This document shows positions 34,936 to 37,944 of a stretch of 37,944 nucleotides of DNA, in pieces. The stretch lies in NCBI GenBank assembly GCA_964490075.1, contig CAZBBK010000061.1, positions 1-37,944 of the forward strand, given 5' to 3'. The position numbers were made by a program, and so were the translations under genes. Under the pieces are notes generated by a model. It was given only the letters and a program-made list of their open reading frames with translations, made no database searches and had not been told where the DNA came from. This stretch comes from an uncultured Gemmatimonadota bacterium. GTDB taxonomy: Bacteria > GCA-2686955. Every line of letters begins with the position of its first letter. Position 1 is the first letter of the stretch.

Positions 34936-35196
34936 CCATAGTCCGCCACCTGATTCGTGACCGAGCCGTGCGAATCTTGGCCTTGGTCGAGGCGCCGCGC
35001 CGCGCCTCTTCAGCTGCGAGCGACTCCGAGTCGCTCGTCGGCTGCAATCGGCGCCCAGATGGCGGCCGAAGGCCCGTCATCTGGCGGCTTGAGCGCAGGC
35101 GTAGCGGAGCTACGTTGAGCATCAAATCGGCGCGAGCAACGAAGGGTAAGGCCAAAGAGACGCATGGCGAATCGCGAATCAGGTGGCGGATTATGG
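34936..35196. mobile_element. MITE-like non-autonomous element, 261 bp
   Basis: Terminal inverted repeats 34936-34960 and 35172-35196 match at 23 of 25 positions and extend imperfectly to about 50 bp; several internal hairpins; no credible ORF; partial copy at 10141. Confidence 0.75.
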
Positions 35197-35357
35197 CGAA
35201 CATCCCGGGGCGATTCCTTCGCTTCAGCGGCGGAATCGGCGGGCAGCCCGGCTCTCTTATAATGCGGCTGTAGAATTTGGGGGGCCGGTGCGCGGAATCG
35301 CCGCCGACCTTGCCGATGATCATCTGAGCGCCGCCCTTTTCTTCGGAGGAGACCTCG

Positions 35358-37442
35358 ATGCCTACGCCCCGCCGCGCCGCCCTCTTCGCCCTCGTGCTCG
35401 CCCTGCCCGCGGTCCCTCCGGCGCATGCCTGCCCGGCCGGCAAGGTGATCATGCCCCGCACCGGCCCGGCCGCGCCGCCGAGCTCCGAGGCGCTCGGTTC
35501 CTGGTCCTTTCCGCGCTCCATGGAAGGCGTGAGCGGCTACAACTCCGACTGCCGGCCGACTATGAGCGCCGACGGCACCCGAGTGCTCTTCGAGTCCGGC
35601 CAGCACGCGGGTCCCCCCTACGATCCGGCGAACCACGGCGCCGAGCATTTCTACATCTACCAGATGGACTGGGACGGCTCCCAGTGGGCCGATCTCCGCG
35701 CTCTGGACCCCGACCACTTCACCGACCACAACCACCCCTGCATTTCGGCCGACGGCCAGCGCCTCTTCACCACGGCGCGCGGCGAAGTCCACGTCGCGGA
35801 GTGGAATGGCTCGGACTGGGATGCTCCGGTGGCGCTCGCCGGCGTGCTCAATGAGGGTCCGGGAATCGTCGCCAACGGCTCGGTGTCGGTCACCACCGAT
35901 CAGAGCGAGATCTACTTCGCCAGCGAGCGGGCGACGGGGTTGGGAGACAACGACATCTGGGTGTGCCGGCTGCGCGGCAGCTTCACCGACTCGCTCACCA
36001 ATCTGGGTCCGGGCGTGAACAGCGCCGGCTCGGAGGTTCGTCCGGCCATCAGCCCCGACGGCAGCAGCCTGCTCTTTTCGGACTTCGAGGGCGGACGGCC
36101 GACCCTCGATTTCGGCGAGACCGATCTCTATCTCTCCGAGTACTCGGCGGGCAGCTGGGGCCTCGCGGCACCGCTGCCGGCACCGATCAACAACGACATG
36201 CCGGCCTGCACCGCCCACTGGGTCTCCGCCACCGAGCTGCTGGTGGGCGGTGGCGTCTGCCTGGGTGGCGCCGGCGGCGAGGATCTCTGGCTGAGCTACG
36301 CGGGCGGCTCCGAGGGGCTGCGCAACCCGGTACTGGCCAAGGCATTCGACCGCGGCCGCCAGGCGCGCCGCGAACGCATGAGCCGGGTCGCCGACGCCGC
36401 CGCGGCGGGGGCGGCGCCGGCGATCCGTCCGCCCGGTCGATGGCGCCGGCTGGCCAACCTGCCGGGCGCGCGCATCGTCGAGGACCTGGTTCTGCTCTCG
36501 TCGGGGACCCTGCTGGCGGCGACCTCCGACGAGGGCTACGTGTTCCGCTCCACCGACGAAGGCGCCACCTGGAACCGCATCGATCTGGGGCCCTTCGCGA
36601 TGCGCGTCTACCGGCTCCTCGAACGCTCGACCGGCTCGGTCCTGGCGGGCACCTATCCCGCCGGCCGGGTCTTCGAGAGCTCGGACGACGGCCTCAGCTG
36701 GAGCTCCCTGGCGGCGCTCCCCTCCTGGGTGCACGCGGTGCGCGGCATCACCGAGCTCGCGTCGGGGGATCTGCTGGTGGGGGTTTCGCCCGAGACCCTG
36801 GCCACCATGGTGAGCATCGGGCGGCTGTTCCGCTCGACGAACGACGGCGCGAGCTGGTCGATCTCGGGCTCGCTGGGACAGATCGCCGGAGGCGTCTGGG
36901 CCCTCCACGAGATGGCCGACGGAACGATCTGGGCGGGCGGCCGTGCCTACTCCGGCAAGATCTACAAGTCGACCGACGGCGGATTCGCCTGGCAGGCGGT
37001 GAGCCCGGGCTACGCACACACGCCGACCCTGGCGTCGGTGTTTCAGTTCGTCGAGGACTCCTCCGGGCGGCTCTGGGCGGCCGGCTGGGGACATGGCGGA
37101 GAGCTGGGGGCGCTGCTGATGAAGCACGAAGGCGGCGACACCTGGAGCGTCGACGCGCCCTTCCGCCGCGAGCAGGACGGAGTCGAATACGCCGACGGAT
37201 CCTGCTTCGCGATGGCCGAGAGCTCGTCCGGGCTGCTGATGACGGGAACCGCGCCCTCCAGCGGCAGCCCCTCGTGGATCTCGGAGGACCGGGGGCTGAC
37301 CTGGCGGCCGACCAGCGCGCTCGAGGGAGCCAGGCAGATGACCGCGCTGGTCGCCCTGGACGGCGACCGAATGATCGCCGGCACCTGCGGAGACGGGGCG
37401 ATCTGGTTGTGGGAGCGGACGATCGAGGAGCGGGCGCGCTAG
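35358..37442 (+). CDS. Secreted protein with PD40/TolB-like propeller and BNR/Asp-box propeller
   Basis: SD GGAGG, signal peptide, PD40 repeats (PCISADG, IYFASER, PAISPDG) then Asp-boxes (RSTDEGATW, SSDDGLSW, RSTNDGASW, KSTDGGFAW, SEDRGLTW); perfect TATAAT at 35258-35263. Confidence 0.88.
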   Translation: MPTPRRAALFALVLALPAVPPAHACPAGKVIMPRTGPAAPPSSEALGSWSFPRSMEGVSGYNSDCRPTMSADGTRVLFESGQHAGPPYDPANHGAEHFYIYQMDWDGSQWADLRALDPDHFTDHNHPCISADGQRLFTTARGEVHVAEWNGSDWDAPVALAGVLNEGPGIVANGSVSVTTDQSEIYFASERATGLGDNDIWVCRLRGSFTDSLTNLGPGVNSAGSEVRPAISPDGSSLLFSDFEGGRPTLDFGETDLYLSEYSAGSWGLAAPLPAPINNDMPACTAHWVSATELLVGGGVCLGGAGGEDLWLSYAGGSEGLRNPVLAKAFDRGRQARRERMSRVADAAAAGAAPAIRPPGRWRRLANLPGARIVEDLVLLSSGTLLAATSDEGYVFRSTDEGATWNRIDLGPFAMRVYRLLERSTGSVLAGTYPAGRVFESSDDGLSWSSLAALPSWVHAVRGITELASGDLLVGVSPETLATMVSIGRLFRSTNDGASWSISGSLGQIAGGVWALHEMADGTIWAGGRAYSGKIYKSTDGGFAWQAVSPGYAHTPTLASVFQFVEDSSGRLWAAGWGHGGELGALLMKHEGGDTWSVDAPFRREQDGVEYADGSCFAMAESSSGLLMTGTAPSSGSPSWISEDRGLTWRPTSALEGARQMTALVALDGDRMIAGTCGDGAIWLWERTIEERAR

Positions 37443-37471
37443 CCTCCGTCCTCAGCCGAGGTCTATCGCCC

Positions 37472-37639
37472 ATGCTCTTCTACGCCGCCAAGATCTTGCA
37501 GGCCGCCGGAATGATCGCCGTGGGGGCGTCGGTCTACCTCGGGATGGCGCGTGGCGAGGCGCCCGACCTGGCGGCCTTCGGAATCGGGTTGGCGACCTTC
37601 TACGGCGGGCGGGTCGCCGAGCGACACGGGGGAGGATGA
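37472..37639 (+). CDS. Small two-TM membrane protein (55 aa)
   Basis: GAGG upstream of ATG 37472; MLFYAAKILQAAGMIAVGASVYLGM...LAAFGIGLATFYGGR with two hydrophobic segments and host-like codons. Confidence 0.65.
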   Translation: MLFYAAKILQAAGMIAVGASVYLGMARGEAPDLAAFGIGLATFYGGRVAERHGGG

Positions 37640-37944
37640 AAGGCTGGGGTTTCGATATTGCGAGCCTCTACGCGGGGAGCGGCCGGTACGGGGCAGAACC
37701 TGCCCTTGCCCTGTGCCGCTTCTCCCAACCTGGCTGGAGCCCCTGATCAGGGATGATCCGGCGGTGTCACCAACGGCTTGACGGCTTTGCGATGCGCCTG
37801 TCACCCCCGGCTGCGCAATGCTCCGAACCGGCACCTTGTACGACCCCGCCCGCCGCTGCACCGCACCTCAGTGTTCCGCGGCATAGACGATCGTCCGATC
37901 GCGAGCTCCAGGGATTCCGTCCGATTTCCGCCCCCGGAGTCGTG

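Noticed and set aside
37829-37848. Minus-strand GGGTCGTACAAGGTGCC resembling the 16S rRNA 3' region
   Set aside because: Short gapped match with no anti-SD tail or other rRNA sequence.

Overview
High-GC bacterial chromosomal window (spot counts about 63-78% GC, with a dip to about 50-55% over roughly 2.1-5.4 kb). A FlgD-Ig-type C-terminal domain and a TonB-dependent receptor suggest a diderm organism, possibly from an FCB-related candidate phylum (inference only). The housekeeping core on the minus strand is putP-like symporter, PP-loop tRNA thiolase, tusA-like, smpB, amidase, GerMN, murI, rph, rdgB, tRNA-Pro(TGG) and tRNA-Arg(TCT), converging on a YfhL-type ferredoxin. The accessory parts carry secreted beta-propeller proteins, two clan GH-A-like hydrolases, an ABC-2 exporter, a P-loop kinase/udp/methyltransferase operon and a divergent esterase-lipoprotein/TonB-receptor pair. 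The most unusual observations are: (1) a 75-aa secreted six-cysteine peptide with an internal tandem repeat, followed by a hairpin and a MauD/TlpA-like thioredoxin, with twin operators upstream; (2) a hydrolase/propeller pair followed by an orphan copy of the hydrolase C-terminus and a second propeller paralogue, resembling cassette replacement; (3) an LVIVD surface-protein gene broken by one 8-bp tandem duplication; (4) a Fic gene missing its catalytic core through an in-frame deletion; (5) several non-coding structures: a 261-bp MITE-like element with a partial second copy next to an IS91-like fragment, a nested palindrome, a 51-bp-period triple repeat, a G-U-rich hairpin and a promoter with a homopolymer spacer. 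All family calls come from motif recognition by eye; no database searches were run.
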